A stretch of 64,000 bases of DNA from Cyanophyceae cyanobacterium (lineage in GTDB: Bacteria; Cyanobacteriota; Cyanobacteriia; Cyanobacteriales; JBHJGN01). The notes under the pieces are model-generated. The model was not told where the DNA came from. It searched no databases and was given only the letters and a program-made list of their open reading frames with translations. Shown here piece after piece: positions 10,302-20,627 of the stretch (positions are counted from its first letter, which is position 1; each line of letters begins with the position of its first letter). The translations under genes and the position numbers were made by a program. The stretch lies in assembly GCA_050331735.1 (NCBI GenBank), contig JBHJGN010000023.1:32001-96000 (forward strand). Reading direction: 5' to 3'.

Positions 10302-11162
10302 ATGGAAATCGCGCAGCTTTTCTTCAACGGTCTTGCTGTCGGCAGTATCATTGCGCTGTCCGCAGTGGGATTAACCTTGACCTACGGCATCCTGCGGCTT
10401 TCTAACTTCGCCCACGGAGATTTTATGACCCTTGGAGCCTATCTAACCTGGGTGGCAAATACCAACGGAGTTAATATCTGGCTGTCTATTTTAGTGGGAG
10501 CTGCGGGAACCATCGGAGCCATGTTGCTCTCTGAGCTGCTGCTGTGGAAACCGATGCGCGATCGCCGCGCTTCCTCGACCACGTTAATTATTATTTCAAT
10601 TGGGCTAGCCTTGTTCATTCGCAGCGCGATTCTCTTAATTTGGGGCAGCGGTAACCAATCCTACGCGCTTCCCCTGGTTCCGGCTCTCGATATTGGCGGG
10701 GTCAGAGTCGCCTTCTATCGCCTGATTGTGATTGGTTTGGCGATTATTGCCACCCTCGGTCTGTATTTCTTGCTCCAAAACAGCAAAATCGGCAAGGCGA
10801 TGCGAGCCGTAGCCGACAATCTTGATTTAGCGAGAGTCTCGGGGATCAATGTGGAGCGAGTGGTGCTGTGGACGTGGATCCTGACTGGCTTTCTCACGGC
10901 TGCTGCCGGAGCCCTGTACGGGCTGATTGCGGTTGTTCGACCCAACATGGGCTGGTTTCTGATTTTGCCGCTGTTTGCCTCGGTCATTCTTGGCGGTATT
11001 GGTAATCCTTATGGCGCGATCGCTGGCGGATTGGTAATCGGCCTCGCTCAAGAATTAAGTGTTCCTCTCCTAGGATCTCAGTATAAGCTCGGAGTGGCGC
11101 TGCTGGTGATGGTGCTCATTTTACTCGTCCGTCCGCAGGGCTTGTTTAAAGGGACGTTTTAG
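10302..11162 (+). CDS. natD: Neutral/branched-chain amino acid ABC transporter permease (NatD/LivH type)
   Basis: GLTLTYGILRLSNFAHGDF, GKAMRAVADN, VILGGIG, RPQGLF. Confidence 0.85.
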   Translation: MEIAQLFFNGLAVGSIIALSAVGLTLTYGILRLSNFAHGDFMTLGAYLTWVANTNGVNIWLSILVGAAGTIGAMLLSELLLWKPMRDRRASSTTLIIISIGLALFIRSAILLIWGSGNQSYALPLVPALDIGGVRVAFYRLIVIGLAIIATLGLYFLLQNSKIGKAMRAVADNLDLARVSGINVERVVLWTWILTGFLTAAAGALYGLIAVVRPNMGWFLILPLFASVILGGIGNPYGAIAGGLVIGLAQELSVPLLGSQYKLGVALLVMVLILLVRPQGLFKGTF

Positions 11163-11291
11163 GGAGATACGCGCTTTCAAAGACAAGGGGTGAAGAGATA
11201 AATCGCAGTTGCGCTTTGAGCTAACAGCAAGCTGCATTGTTCTTCACCCAAGCAAGTTTAAACCAGCAACGCTGCTAAAGTTCTCGCTGCT

Positions 11292-11432
11292 CTACGGACT
11301 AACGATATGAAAATAAATAGCAGCAATGAGAATATTGCCAGCTAGCAAGAATAGGGCCCACGCCGTGCGATAAGGATAGGGAGGATTACCAGTCTGGGGA
11401 ACTGGACGATCTTGAGTTGAGCTAGTTGCCAT
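11292..11432 (-). CDS. psaX: Photosystem I subunit PsaX (46 aa, below ORF-track cutoff)
   Basis: Hand translation MATSSTQDRPVPQTGNPPYPYRTAWALFLLAGNILIAAIYFHIVSP matches PsaX pattern PxYxFRTxWAxxLLAxNxLxAAxYF; AGGAG RBS upstream. Confidence 0.9.
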   Translation of the reverse strand: MATSSTQDRPVPQTGNPPYPYRTAWALFLLAGNILIAAIYFHIVSP

Positions 11433-11534
11433 AAACGGTTCTCCTGTCAATTGAATGATTATTCAAGAAATACCAGAGATTGGTCCCTCGATGCACGTCT
11501 CCAACGAAAGATTTTTGAGGAATAGATATAAAAG

Positions 11535-12464
11535 TTAATTATTGTGCATCTCTCCAGCGTGGTAAGAACTTCTAACCAAAGGACCAGAGCGAACATCGGT
11601 AAAACCGAGCGAACGGGCCATCTCTCCGAGATGCTCAAATTCTGCTGGAGTCCAATATTTTTGAACAGGGAGATGCTGGAGAGAAGGGCGCAGGTACTGT
11701 CCCAGGGTCAGACGATCCACTTCAACAGAGCGTAAATCTTTCATCGCTTGAATAATTTCCGCCTCTGTTTCGCCGTGTCCTAGCATTAACCCCGATTTAG
11801 TCGGAATCGCCGGATCGAGTTCTTTGACAAACTGCAGCACGGCCAGCGAGCGCTCGTAGGTAGCTCCCCGGCGGACCGGTCCCTGGAGGCGGCGGACCGT
11901 TTCAATGTTGTGGTTATAGCAAGCTGGTTTAGCGGCCACCACCGTTTCGACGCGCTGTCGCTGTGCCGTTACTGCCTGCTTCCCGCTCCAAAAATCTGGA
12001 GTTAACACTTCAATTTGGGTGTCAGGATTCGTGGCGCGAATGGTTTCCATGACCTTAACGAACCATCCCGCTCCCCCATCGCTGAGGTCGTCTCTGGCAA
12101 CGGAGGTGAGAACAACATAGCGTAATCCGAGCATCTGAACCGCCTGCGCCACATGCAGGGGTTCTTTGGGATCTAACGTCATGGGGGCTTGTCCTTTATG
12201 GACTTGGCAGAAGGCGCAGGCGCGCGTACAGGTTGCTCCCATCAACAGAAAAGATGCGGTTTTTTGAGCATAGCACTCGCCGCGATTTGGACAGCGCCCT
12301 TCCTCGCAAATGGTATGAATCTGCCGCTGTTTAATAATTTTTTGGACAGAGGAAAGCTCGCTGGCTTTACCAATCTGGCGCTTAAGCCAGGAGGGAATGG
12401 CTGCAATCTCGCGGGGAGTAGTATTCAAGGCAGAATGAGCAGTTAGCGAAGGGTCGAGGGTCAT
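11535..12464 (-). CDS. lipA: Lipoyl synthase
   Basis: [26 protein letters not shown]; likely start 12464. Confidence 0.95.
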   Translation of the reverse strand: MTLDPSLTAHSALNTTPREIAAIPSWLKRQIGKASELSSVQKIIKQRQIHTICEEGRCPNRGECYAQKTASFLLMGATCTRACAFCQVHKGQAPMTLDPKEPLHVAQAVQMLGLRYVVLTSVARDDLSDGGAGWFVKVMETIRATNPDTQIEVLTPDFWSGKQAVTAQRQRVETVVAAKPACYNHNIETVRRLQGPVRRGATYERSLAVLQFVKELDPAIPTKSGLMLGHGETEAEIIQAMKDLRSVEVDRLTLGQYLRPSLQHLPVQKYWTPAEFEHLGEMARSLGFTDVRSGPLVRSSYHAGEMHNN

Positions 12465-12660
12465 GGCACTGAATACGGTTGGGGTCGAGAAGTTGGAGAA
12501 AACAAAAGCCGGATGATTCCTGGCCATCACTGCCCGGATCGTCTAGTTTCCTTGTCGGGTCGACGATCAAGCAATTTTGACAAGCCGTGTTGTTTTACTA
12601 GCGGTTTGAGGGAAATCTAGGCATATCTCAAATTCTATCGGTTGAGCGGAGGAACCTATT

Positions 12661-13197
12661 ATGCCTACTCGGAAAATTTTAGTCATCGACGATAGTAAAG
12701 TCATTAGAATGCGGGTCAAGGATATGCTACCGTCAGGCGACTTTGAAATTTTAGAAGCCAAGGACGGTGCAGAAGGCTTTGACTTGATCTGTAGCGAAAA
12801 CCCTAACCTGATTATGCTAGATTTTCTCTTACCTAAAATGAGCGGTTGGGAAGTCTATCAAAACATTCAAAAGCAGACGCAGCTCAAGACGATTCCGCTG
12901 CTGCTGATGTCTGGGCGAAAAGAAGAAGTGACCGAAAAGCTGGCTGAGCCTTTTGAGTATTTTGCCTTTGTAGAAAAGCCCTTCGATCAAAAACAGCTTT
13001 TTCAAGGGATTAAGGAAGCTATGGCCAAGGCAAAGAAACATCCACCTGTTGCTGGCGCTTCAGCAACGAGCGCTAGCGCAGCCGGGGCAGAGCTTCAGGT
13101 TCTCAACGATAAAATCAACAAAATGCAGAGAGAAATTGATAGCCTCAAGAAACAGCTCAATCAAGTCATTGGCTATGTGAAACAGAAGCTTCGGTAA
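12661..13197 (+). CDS. Response regulator receiver with C-terminal coiled coil
   Basis: ILVIDDS, IMLDFLLPKMSG, KPF. Confidence 0.9.
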   Translation: MPTRKILVIDDSKVIRMRVKDMLPSGDFEILEAKDGAEGFDLICSENPNLIMLDFLLPKMSGWEVYQNIQKQTQLKTIPLLLMSGRKEEVTEKLAEPFEYFAFVEKPFDQKQLFQGIKEAMAKAKKHPPVAGASATSASAAGAELQVLNDKINKMQREIDSLKKQLNQVIGYVKQKLR

Positions 13198-13380
13198 GTC
13201 ACTGGATAAAATAATGTTTAGATTCAAGAGTGGCTATTAGCTCTTCGCTTTTCTTTCTTCCCCTGCTTTTCTATTTTCAACCGATTCTCCCTACTCAACG
13301 AAGTTCTCCCACAGGCAATTTTCAAGTCATTGGGCTGCCAAAAGGCACTATAGTAGGCAGAAGTGGTTCATTCGTCGTTC

Positions 13381-13554
13381 ATGGATCAAGTCGGATTTAT
13401 TGGGAAAGTGATTCTGCTTTCAGCCGTGCTGGCTGTATTAGTTAAGTACGGAGGTAGCCTGCTGCCGCTCGCTCCAACACCATCAACAGCTCTTGTGACT
13501 GTGTTTTTTCCGTCCTTGACTATGGCGATCGCTCTCTGGTGGCGCTCCCGTTAG
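13381..13554 (+). CDS. Small two-TM hypothetical protein
   Basis: MDQVGFIGKVILLSAVLAVLVKYGG..., two hydrophobic helices. Confidence 0.6.
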   Translation: MDQVGFIGKVILLSAVLAVLVKYGGSLLPLAPTPSTALVTVFFPSLTMAIALWWRSR

Positions 13555-13663
13555 CGGCTCTCACAGAGCCGTTCTCAAGTCAACAGAAAACGAAGGTCAC
13601 GCTATTCCTCATCGTTGATAGTGGCGCCCCCTGCTCTGCTCTTGCCCCTTCTTCCTGCTTACT

Positions 13664-14863
13664 ATGCGGACCCTCGCAGAGATCAACGACAAAATTCGTC
13701 AAAAACGAGCCGTCGTCTGGACGGTCGAAGAATTAAAGCACCGAGTGCAGGACAGTAGCGTGGCGGAGGCTTTCAAACAAGTCGATGTGGTTAGCACCGG
13801 AACATTTGAGCCGATGGAGTCTTCAGGAGCTTTAATTAATTTGGGCCACACAGACCCGCCCATGAAGATTCGGTCCTGCTGGCTAGACGGCATTCCGGCC
13901 TATGCGGGTTTTGGGGCGGTCGATCTCTACCTGGGCGCAACGGCGATGAGCGACTACAGCAGCGAACCGGAGGGCGAAGGACGACCTGGTAACTTAGAAC
14001 GGGGAGGCGGCCACGTTATTGAGGATCTGATCGCGGGAAAAGCGGTGCAGCTACGAGCCGTTGGCCAGGTCACCGATTGCTATCCACGAGCCTCTTTTGA
14101 AACAACGATTACCCGCGAGACAATTAATCAATTTTACTTATTTAACCCCCGCAACCTCTATCAAAATTTTATTGTCGGCATCAACGGCGGCGATCGCCCT
14201 CTGTTTACCTATTTAGGGCCTTTACAGCCCAGGCTAGCCAACGCCGTGTACTCCAATCCGGGGGCGCTCTCTCCCCTACTCAACGATCCCGATTTGCAGT
14301 TAATCGGCATTGGCAGTCGTATTTTTTTAGGAGGAGGAGTCGGCTACGTTGCCTGGGAAGGTACGCAGCATTTTCCCCTGCAAAAACGCCTGCCAAACCG
14401 TACGCCAATTGGTCCTGCCGCTACCCTAGCCCTCATCGGAGATGCTAGACAGATGACCCCCCGTTGGGTGCGCGGCTGCTATTTCAAAAACTACGGTCCT
14501 TCTTTAATGCTTGGTGTCGGAGTTCCTCTGCCTGTTTTAGAGGAAGAAGTTATTCGTCGATGCGCTGTCCAAGACCACGAAATCGTCGCTCCTGTGGTTG
14601 ATTTTTCCATCCCGCGGCGAGTGCGCCCCACCTTTGGCTTAGTGAGTTATGCCCAGCTCAAAAGTGGCCGCATCACCATCGACGGCAGAACCGTGCGCGT
14701 GGCTCCTTTGGCTAGCATCGCGCGGTCAAAACAGGTTGCTCAGGAACTCAAGGCATGGCTCGAAGCGGGGCAGTTTCTCCTCAGCGAACCCGTTGCGCCA
14801 CTGCCTCGCGATCGCTCCTTTTTGCCGCAAGACCGCTGGGGAGCACAGATTGCCCTCGAATAG
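13664..14863 (+). CDS. DUF39 homocysteine-biosynthesis family protein (MA1821-like)
   Basis: MRTLAEINDKI, DVVSTGTFEPM, GAVDLYLGAT, GGGHVIEDL, PRNLYQN, GTQH. Confidence 0.85.
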   Translation: MRTLAEINDKIRQKRAVVWTVEELKHRVQDSSVAEAFKQVDVVSTGTFEPMESSGALINLGHTDPPMKIRSCWLDGIPAYAGFGAVDLYLGATAMSDYSSEPEGEGRPGNLERGGGHVIEDLIAGKAVQLRAVGQVTDCYPRASFETTITRETINQFYLFNPRNLYQNFIVGINGGDRPLFTYLGPLQPRLANAVYSNPGALSPLLNDPDLQLIGIGSRIFLGGGVGYVAWEGTQHFPLQKRLPNRTPIGPAATLALIGDARQMTPRWVRGCYFKNYGPSLMLGVGVPLPVLEEEVIRRCAVQDHEIVAPVVDFSIPRRVRPTFGLVSYAQLKSGRITIDGRTVRVAPLASIARSKQVAQELKAWLEAGQFLLSEPVAPLPRDRSFLPQDRWGAQIALE

Positions 14864-15000
14864 AGCGCCAAGGGCGCAGGGCAAAGGGGGAATGAAACAG
14901 CTTGTTCTCTGCCCCTGTGTGCTTTCCCCGTCGCGAAGCGACTGTTTTCCCTTTCCCCGTTTCGTCAGGAACTATTTCCCCTTCCCCGACAACTTCGCTG
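14864..15000. repeat. G-rich/C-rich repeat cluster with two hairpin cassettes
   Basis: TTTCCCC runs with GTCGC-GAA-GCGAC (14930-42) and GTTTC-GTCA-GGAAC (14959-72). Confidence 0.8.
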
Positions 15001-15002
15001 CC

Positions 15003-15836
15003 TTAGCGACTATCTTGGGTTCTCTTCACCGGACGGCTAATCGGTCTACTGGTCGCTTTCTTGACGGGGGCAGGACGATCATGACTGCGCTTGCTTGGCT
15101 TGTTGAGGATTTTTTTCTTTCCTCGAAACGGCTTTTTCTTACGAGGAATGACTCCGATATCAGTAGCTTCCTGGATCGCCAACTTTTGTCCCTGTAGCTG
15201 TGCCTGCAAATCCCAGAAATGGCCAACTGGTCTATCGGTTAGTGTGCCTTGCAGTTTCAGCTTAAAAAACTTAGGTTTCTCGGATTCTCGTTTAGGAGAT
15301 TGCCTAATTTTGACAATGACTGTCTCTTGAGCCTGGGCATAGAAAATTACTTCTCCACGAATCGAGAAATAGCCATCTTGAGGACGGTATTCTGGTGGAG
15401 AAGACTCCGTTGCTAACGTTTCCGGTTCCCAAACGCCAACAATTTGAACATGCAAATTGTCGTTGCTCTGTCTAGTCCGAGGATACACAACCCAAAGATG
15501 CTCTTGTTCCAAATCTAGGTGTTTTTTGACAATGCTGATAATCCGACCGAGCAACACGGCTTCAATGGCTACTCCTGCTGGCGTTGTCAATACGCCTCGG
15601 GTGAGCTGGTCTTGAGATTGATAGCGACCGCGAATGAGTCCGATGGCCCGGTATTGTCTAGGACTGCTAGGAGGAGAAATCGGCTGTTGCCTTAAAGTCT
15701 CACGATCGGTAGAAGCGTCTGTAGAAGAATCCGAGCTAGAAGCAGGAGTTTGAGTGGGATCCAAGTTGGCAGTTTCATGAGATTCTGCGTTGTTGTGAGG
15801 ACGGGGCGATTCAGAGACTTGATTGAAAGGCTTCAT
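15003..15836 (-). CDS. Conserved cyanobacterial hypothetical protein
   Basis: QYRAIGLIRGRY, HLWVVYPRT, GYFSIRGEV; AGGAG RBS. Confidence 0.8.
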   Translation of the reverse strand: MKPFNQVSESPRPHNNAESHETANLDPTQTPASSSDSSTDASTDRETLRQQPISPPSSPRQYRAIGLIRGRYQSQDQLTRGVLTTPAGVAIEAVLLGRIISIVKKHLDLEQEHLWVVYPRTRQSNDNLHVQIVGVWEPETLATESSPPEYRPQDGYFSIRGEVIFYAQAQETVIVKIRQSPKRESEKPKFFKLKLQGTLTDRPVGHFWDLQAQLQGQKLAIQEATDIGVIPRKKKPFRGKKKILNKPSKRSHDRPAPVKKATSRPISRPVKRTQDSR

Positions 15837-16231
15837 ATAAAACTCCTAGCGACGGAGACGCTTTTACTAAACAGCCAAATCTGTCTGCGGTGAATAAGCA
15901 TTCTAAACCGAAGACTGGGAATTCGAGGTTTTATGTCCAGCATAGATCATCAGTGGAGCGAACGCCAAAAACAGGAAAGCCCTCGACTGCCTGCTCTCCC
16001 TCGCGTCTGTTTAACTCTAGAGCTAATTTAACAACGTTCATGGCGTAAACAGCGACTAAAAACCTCGACTTTCAAATTAGATAGCCGACTGCCTGTAGTT
16101 CGATTGAATATTGCTAGCAGTGTAGCTTAGCTTCGTAAAATATGTGGGTAGGGGATATCAGACGCCAACTGTGACGGCCTTGCCTGTTCACTAGCCTGCC
16201 GCTGCTAGCCGCTCACCCTGGGGCGGCTGAG

Positions 16232-16498
16232 TCAACGAGGCTCTGTATGACTTTCTGTAGACTGAAAAGTTTCTACTGCCGATATGACTTCCAAATACTG
16301 ACTTTCCATCAAAAAAGCTCCTTTGGCAAATCGCACTCCCCAATACCCACCGGGACGGCGGTCAATGACGATGCCTGTTTCACCAACTTGAATAATATCA
16401 GGAGGACGAAGCATCGGCATTGGCTCAGCCGTTTTTAGATATGGAGGACGGGAGATGAGCCGGACCTGAGCGCCAACGGTAATTTCTGGATGAGTCAT
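16232..16498 (-). CDS. sipA: NblS-interacting regulatory protein SipA (DUF3148)
   Basis: PPYLKTAEPMPMLRPPD...DRRPGGYWGVRFAKGAFL. Confidence 0.9.
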   Translation of the reverse strand: MTHPEITVGAQVRLISRPPYLKTAEPMPMLRPPDIIQVGETGIVIDRRPGGYWGVRFAKGAFLMESQYLEVISAVETFQSTESHTEPR

Positions 16499-16549
16499 CG
16501 GTCAATGATGGATACCATACCTCTACTGTAGAGCCTCGGGAGCAATTGG

Positions 16550-17542
16550 CTAGGGGATTTGCCAAATTCTCTGGTGGTACTTGTCAAACTCTGCATCAGG
16601 AGCAGAAGCGGACTGAGCCTGGTTGTGTCCGTGATGATGGCTGTGATGATGGTCGTGATGAGGCCCTTGATGGTGACTAGCTGCTGCTAAACGAAACTTA
16701 CACATTTCACAGTTCATCTGGACCTGGCCAAGCTGAGTTTCTAGTTCGCGCTCTCGCAACACCTGTAGCAGTAGAGGCTGAATGCCCATTTCTGGTAAGC
16801 AGGTCATAGAAATATGGGGATACTGCTCCTGCTGCTGAGCGGTGAGGCTGAAAATCTTCTTCACTAACACGCCAGTAAATAAAAAGTAGGGCAACACAAT
16901 GATTCGTCGAGGCTGATAGAGCCGAGCGCGGCGGAAGCCTTCTTCAAGACGAGGATGCGTAATGCCGATAAAGCAGGTTTCCACGGTGTGATAGCCGCTG
17001 CCTTCCCAGAGGAGGCGCGCCATTTTGTAGACGTCGCCATTAGCATCGGGATCGCTGGAGCCGCGTCCGACAAACAGCAGCACGGTATCTGAGCGCGTCA
17101 TGCGGTTGGGGTTGTGCTGTAGCTCGTCGAGGTGTGCTAACCGCTTGCGCCATAGCTGAAGGATGTCAGGAGCGATACCAAAGTGTCGCCCGTAAAAGAA
17201 CTGAACTTCGGGGTGGCGCTGGCGAGTGCGATCTAACTCATTAGTCACGTCAAACTTATTGTGACGGGCCGCAAACAGCAAAATTGGCAAGGCAGATAGT
17301 TCTGTGTACCCGCGTTCAACACAGTAATCAACGCCTTCTTGAATGGTTGGTCTGGTTAATTCTAGAAAACAGGGAACCACAGGGCGAGAAGGGTCAAGAG
17401 CTTGATAGGCTTGAGCAAAATCGAGAAAGGTTTGCCGTCCCTGGCTATCTTTCGTGCCGTGACCGATCATCAGGAGCGGACGTTTAAGAGGTAGCGGTGG
17501 CAATTGAAGCGAGTTCAGAGGGTTGTCTGCACTAATGAGCAT
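16550..17542 (-). CDS. cbiX: Sirohydrochlorin cobaltochelatase CbiX (long form)
   Basis: GHGT, CFLEL, GRGSSD, PYFLFTG, MNCEMC motif, His-rich tail. Confidence 0.92.
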   Translation of the reverse strand: MLISADNPLNSLQLPPLPLKRPLLMIGHGTKDSQGRQTFLDFAQAYQALDPSRPVVPCFLELTRPTIQEGVDYCVERGYTELSALPILLFAARHNKFDVTNELDRTRQRHPEVQFFYGRHFGIAPDILQLWRKRLAHLDELQHNPNRMTRSDTVLLFVGRGSSDPDANGDVYKMARLLWEGSGYHTVETCFIGITHPRLEEGFRRARLYQPRRIIVLPYFLFTGVLVKKIFSLTAQQQEQYPHISMTCLPEMGIQPLLLQVLRERELETQLGQVQMNCEMCKFRLAAASHHQGPHHDHHHSHHHGHNQAQSASAPDAEFDKYHQRIWQIP

Positions 17543-17584
17543 TGAAAAAGAATCCTTTTTGAGGAAAAGAGAAAAATGGACGGA

Positions 17585-17745
17585 GCTTGAATGTAGCCAA
17601 CAGAAAGCATCAATGGACTACGATGCCCAATCATCTGCGGCACAGTTTCAAGGTTGCTATCATAGCTTATCTCTTGGCACCTTAAAATGCTGGGGAGGGG
17701 GACACGAAGGAGTGAGCCGTGACTACTGGCCGCATGACTAGTTAT
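17585..17745 (-). ncRNA. ssrS: Probable 6S RNA (boundaries approximate)
   Basis: Rod-like fold on minus strand: closing stem ATGCGGCCAG/TTGGCTACAT, inner stem TTTAAGGTGC/GCAACCTTGAA, central bubble; resembles cyanobacterial 6S as I recall it. Confidence 0.7.
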
Positions 17746-17758
17746 GTGTGTAAATTGT

Positions 17759-18991
17759 CTACTGGGGAGTGTCCCGCTGACGCTCCTGAAGCCGTAAGGC
17801 GGCAAATTCTAAGGCTTCAGTGCGGGTGGAAATTGTCCCCTCAATCTGGGCAATCTGAATGTCGGTGAGCAGCCGACCAATTTGGGGACTGGGAGAGAGA
17901 GTGAGGGCGTTGAGCAGGTCGTCTCCTGTCACTAAAGGACGAGGGTGAGCGACTGGGTCATCAGGATTGAAGTAGCGGTCGAGGAGGGAGGCGATCGCCT
18001 GAGCGTCCTCTATCGCTGTTGCTAGCAGAGCTAATACGGGGAAAACGTTTCCAACATCCAAAAACAGGAAATATTGCTCTTTTAAGCTTAGAGGAGCGGT
18101 TCGGTGCCGCTGTAGCTGAGGCCAATGTTTTAAAACGGTCACTATAGCCCGGATCTGGCTGCGCGAATATTTAAGCGCCATCAATTCTGCTTCCGCTGTC
18201 CCGGGGGGCGTCGAAACTAGGCAGGCTAGCTTAGCCAACCAAGACCACTCTGAACGAGCGCGAAATTCGGTCCAGGTTGCTCCTAGTGTGTGCACTGCGT
18301 CGTCGATTCTCGCTACCTGCCGTAATTTTTCGCGGGTGAGAGTTGGCAACCACGGTTGCAGTAAACCGACTTGCCAGGCTGCTTGCAGCCAGTCACTTCT
18401 CCGAATAGCCAAAAGGTAGCCTAGTTCGGTTCGGACTCTTTCTGCAGCGACTGTGCCGAGGAGCGGAGCGAGTTGCTCAATGGTTGAGACGGTAGCCGGG
18501 TCAATCGAGAAATCAAGCTGGGCCGCTTGGCGATAAGCTCTTAACAGACGCAGTGGGTCATCTTGCAGGTTGGCCGGTGAAATCATTTTGATTGTTTTCT
18601 GCTTTAAATCGACTAGTCCCTGAAGCGGATCGACAAGCGTGTTGTTATGGAAACTATAGGCGATCGCATTAATAGTAAAGTCTCGCCGACGCAGATCGGT
18701 TGCTAAAGAGTCTCCTGAGCATTGGGCAAAATCGACTGTTCCGGCGGCAAAAACCACTCTGGCAATGTGCCGCTGTTCGTCTAGAACGACAAATCCAGCT
18801 TGATAATGACGGGCAATCCGGCGAGCCGTTTCTACAGCAGCGACTGGCACCACAAAATCCAAATCTAAAGTTTCTGTTTGCCTCTCAAGGAGTGCATCTC
18901 GGAGCGCTCCACCAACAAGAAAGGTGGACGGGGGTAACCACTCCAAGCCGAAGGGCAATTTTAGTGCCAACCGTGACAGGGGTGAAGCCAT
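17759..18991 (-). CDS. CCA tRNA nucleotidyltransferase / poly(A) polymerase family
   Basis: VGGALRDALL, DLDF, DLRRRDFTINA, DDPLRLLRAYR, ERVRTEL. Confidence 0.9.
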   Translation of the reverse strand: MASPLSRLALKLPFGLEWLPPSTFLVGGALRDALLERQTETLDLDFVVPVAAVETARRIARHYQAGFVVLDEQRHIARVVFAAGTVDFAQCSGDSLATDLRRRDFTINAIAYSFHNNTLVDPLQGLVDLKQKTIKMISPANLQDDPLRLLRAYRQAAQLDFSIDPATVSTIEQLAPLLGTVAAERVRTELGYLLAIRRSDWLQAAWQVGLLQPWLPTLTREKLRQVARIDDAVHTLGATWTEFRARSEWSWLAKLACLVSTPPGTAEAELMALKYSRSQIRAIVTVLKHWPQLQRHRTAPLSLKEQYFLFLDVGNVFPVLALLATAIEDAQAIASLLDRYFNPDDPVAHPRPLVTGDDLLNALTLSPSPQIGRLLTDIQIAQIEGTISTRTEALEFAALRLQERQRDTPQ

Positions 18992-19074
18992 ATCCTTAAC
19001 AAAATTCAACAAAAATTACCAGATATCCTGGCACCTGAGATAAATTAACAAGAAAGCCCGTTGAAGTGAGCGCC

Positions 19075-19323
19075 ATGTGTATTTGTGTTAACTGCTACTT
19101 TGTAGACCGCTGCAATACCTACCATGCCGTAGAGACCCAGCACCAGCAGCCTCATCTCACCGAAACTCCTAACTTTGAACCGAACGAGCCGACGATTAAC
19201 GTTAACATTCGCTCTAGGGAAGACTGGATTGAGATGGAGTGGGACGTCGTCGGCTGTCATAGCTTTCTCCGAGAAACCGGAAAATGGGCCAAGCTTCGTC
19301 CAGGAGAAGCCATTCCTACTTAA
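19075..19323 (+). CDS. ycf34: Ycf34 family Fe-S protein
   Basis: MCICVNC..VDRC.TYHAVE.QH...EWDVVGC.SF. Confidence 0.92.
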   Translation: MCICVNCYFVDRCNTYHAVETQHQQPHLTETPNFEPNEPTINVNIRSREDWIEMEWDVVGCHSFLRETGKWAKLRPGEAIPT

Positions 19324-19437
19324 AGGGGAGTCACGAGTCTGTTGTCCTCAGCGAGTTAATGACCAGTCGTTAATGACAAATAACGAAATCCAGTTAATAC
19401 TGAAGAGTAGAGTAAACCTTTGTAAAGGCTCGGCTGG

Positions 19438-20067
19438 ATGTCTGGGGAATTTTTGACGCTAGAGACGCTTCAGGAACTAGCTTATCAGTACGGCTATTGG
19501 GCAGTCTTTCTAGGCATTGCCCTAGAGAATACAGGGGTTCCTTTACCCGGTGAAACTATTACTATCGTTGGCGGGTTTCTGGCCGGAAGTGGCGAACTGA
19601 GCTACTGGTTTGTCCTAGCAAGCGCCATCGGTGGAGCCATTCTCGGTGACAATTTTGGCTATTGGCTCGGCAGAATCGGTGGCTGGCCGCTGCTTTTACG
19701 GGTCGGAAAATTCTTTCGCTTCGAAGAACAGCAACTAGAAGCAATTCGGCATCAGTTTCGTCAGAATGCCCCTAGAGCGGTTTTCTTCGGGCGTTTCGTC
19801 GCTTTGTTGCGCATCTTTGCCGGTCCAATGGCAGGAATCGCTCACATGCCCTACCAGCAGTTTTTGCTCTGTAACTTTGGAGGGGCGGCTCTGTGGGCCT
19901 CTGTCATGGTAACGCTATCGTACTTTCTCGGACGAATTGTTTCCTTGTCAGTTTTGGTTAGCTGGATTGCGAAGTTTGGTATTCTCGCTCTTGCTCTCGT
20001 TGCTGTTTGGTGGGTCACTTCGGCCTGGCTGGAAACTCGCAAAACCGGGCTAGAGCTGAAAGATTAA
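19438..20067 (+). CDS. DedA family membrane protein
   Basis: LENTGVPLPGET, GDNFGYWLGR, FFGRFVALLR. Confidence 0.92.
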   Translation: MSGEFLTLETLQELAYQYGYWAVFLGIALENTGVPLPGETITIVGGFLAGSGELSYWFVLASAIGGAILGDNFGYWLGRIGGWPLLLRVGKFFRFEEQQLEAIRHQFRQNAPRAVFFGRFVALLRIFAGPMAGIAHMPYQQFLLCNFGGAALWASVMVTLSYFLGRIVSLSVLVSWIAKFGILALALVAVWWVTSAWLETRKTGLELKD

Positions 20068-20284
20068 TTTCTCCTCATGAGGAGATTGAGCCTACTAAGC
20101 AGTATCAGTAGCTCGGCCTCTCCCAAAAGCACCTTCAAAAACGCTGAAATTTGACACATAAAGACAAAAATGCCGTCGAAAACCGCTATCCAGTTAAATA
20201 CTAAGCGCAGCGCCTAATTAAAGCCACAAGTACTTTAAAGATTCGACTAAAGCTACGACTCAAACAGCAAAGCTTGGGCAAACC

Positions 20285-20298
20285 GTATCTTTTTATAC
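20285..20298. promoter_or_regulatory. NtcA binding site upstream of amt1
   Basis: Perfect GTA-N8-TAC (GTATCTTTTTATAC), 330 bp before an ammonium transporter. Confidence 0.75.
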
Positions 20299-20627
20299 AG
20301 AAAAACGGAGTTAAAACCAGCGACATTTAAAAGTCTAGTTGGGCAATGATGCCTGCCGGTGAGGAACTAGGCGAACTTGACGGTGTAACCCTCTTATCTG
20401 TAGATTTCTCTGTTAAGTCACTTTAATTTTGCGTCTAAAAGCTGTGACCGATCTTGGTTCACCCCCCACAATAAATTCATCGAGATAACGCCGAGTTCTC
20501 TTAATCCAGAGAAGAGCTAGCAGCCGCTTTGCTCGACTGTTAGACAAGCGCTCTTAACTTGCGCAGACATAATCTTTGCTTTTTAAAAAAGCGAAAGCGT
20601 TTTACAACTACTTAGGGTTTAGTAAAA

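Noticed and set aside
16600..16710. His-rich tract in cbiX as an unusual feature
   Set aside because: Known trait of long-form CbiX
17543..17758. Cobalamin riboswitch upstream of cbiX; also ORFs 17515-17805 and 17523-17741
   Set aside because: No B12-box motif seen; a 6S-like rod fold explains the region better
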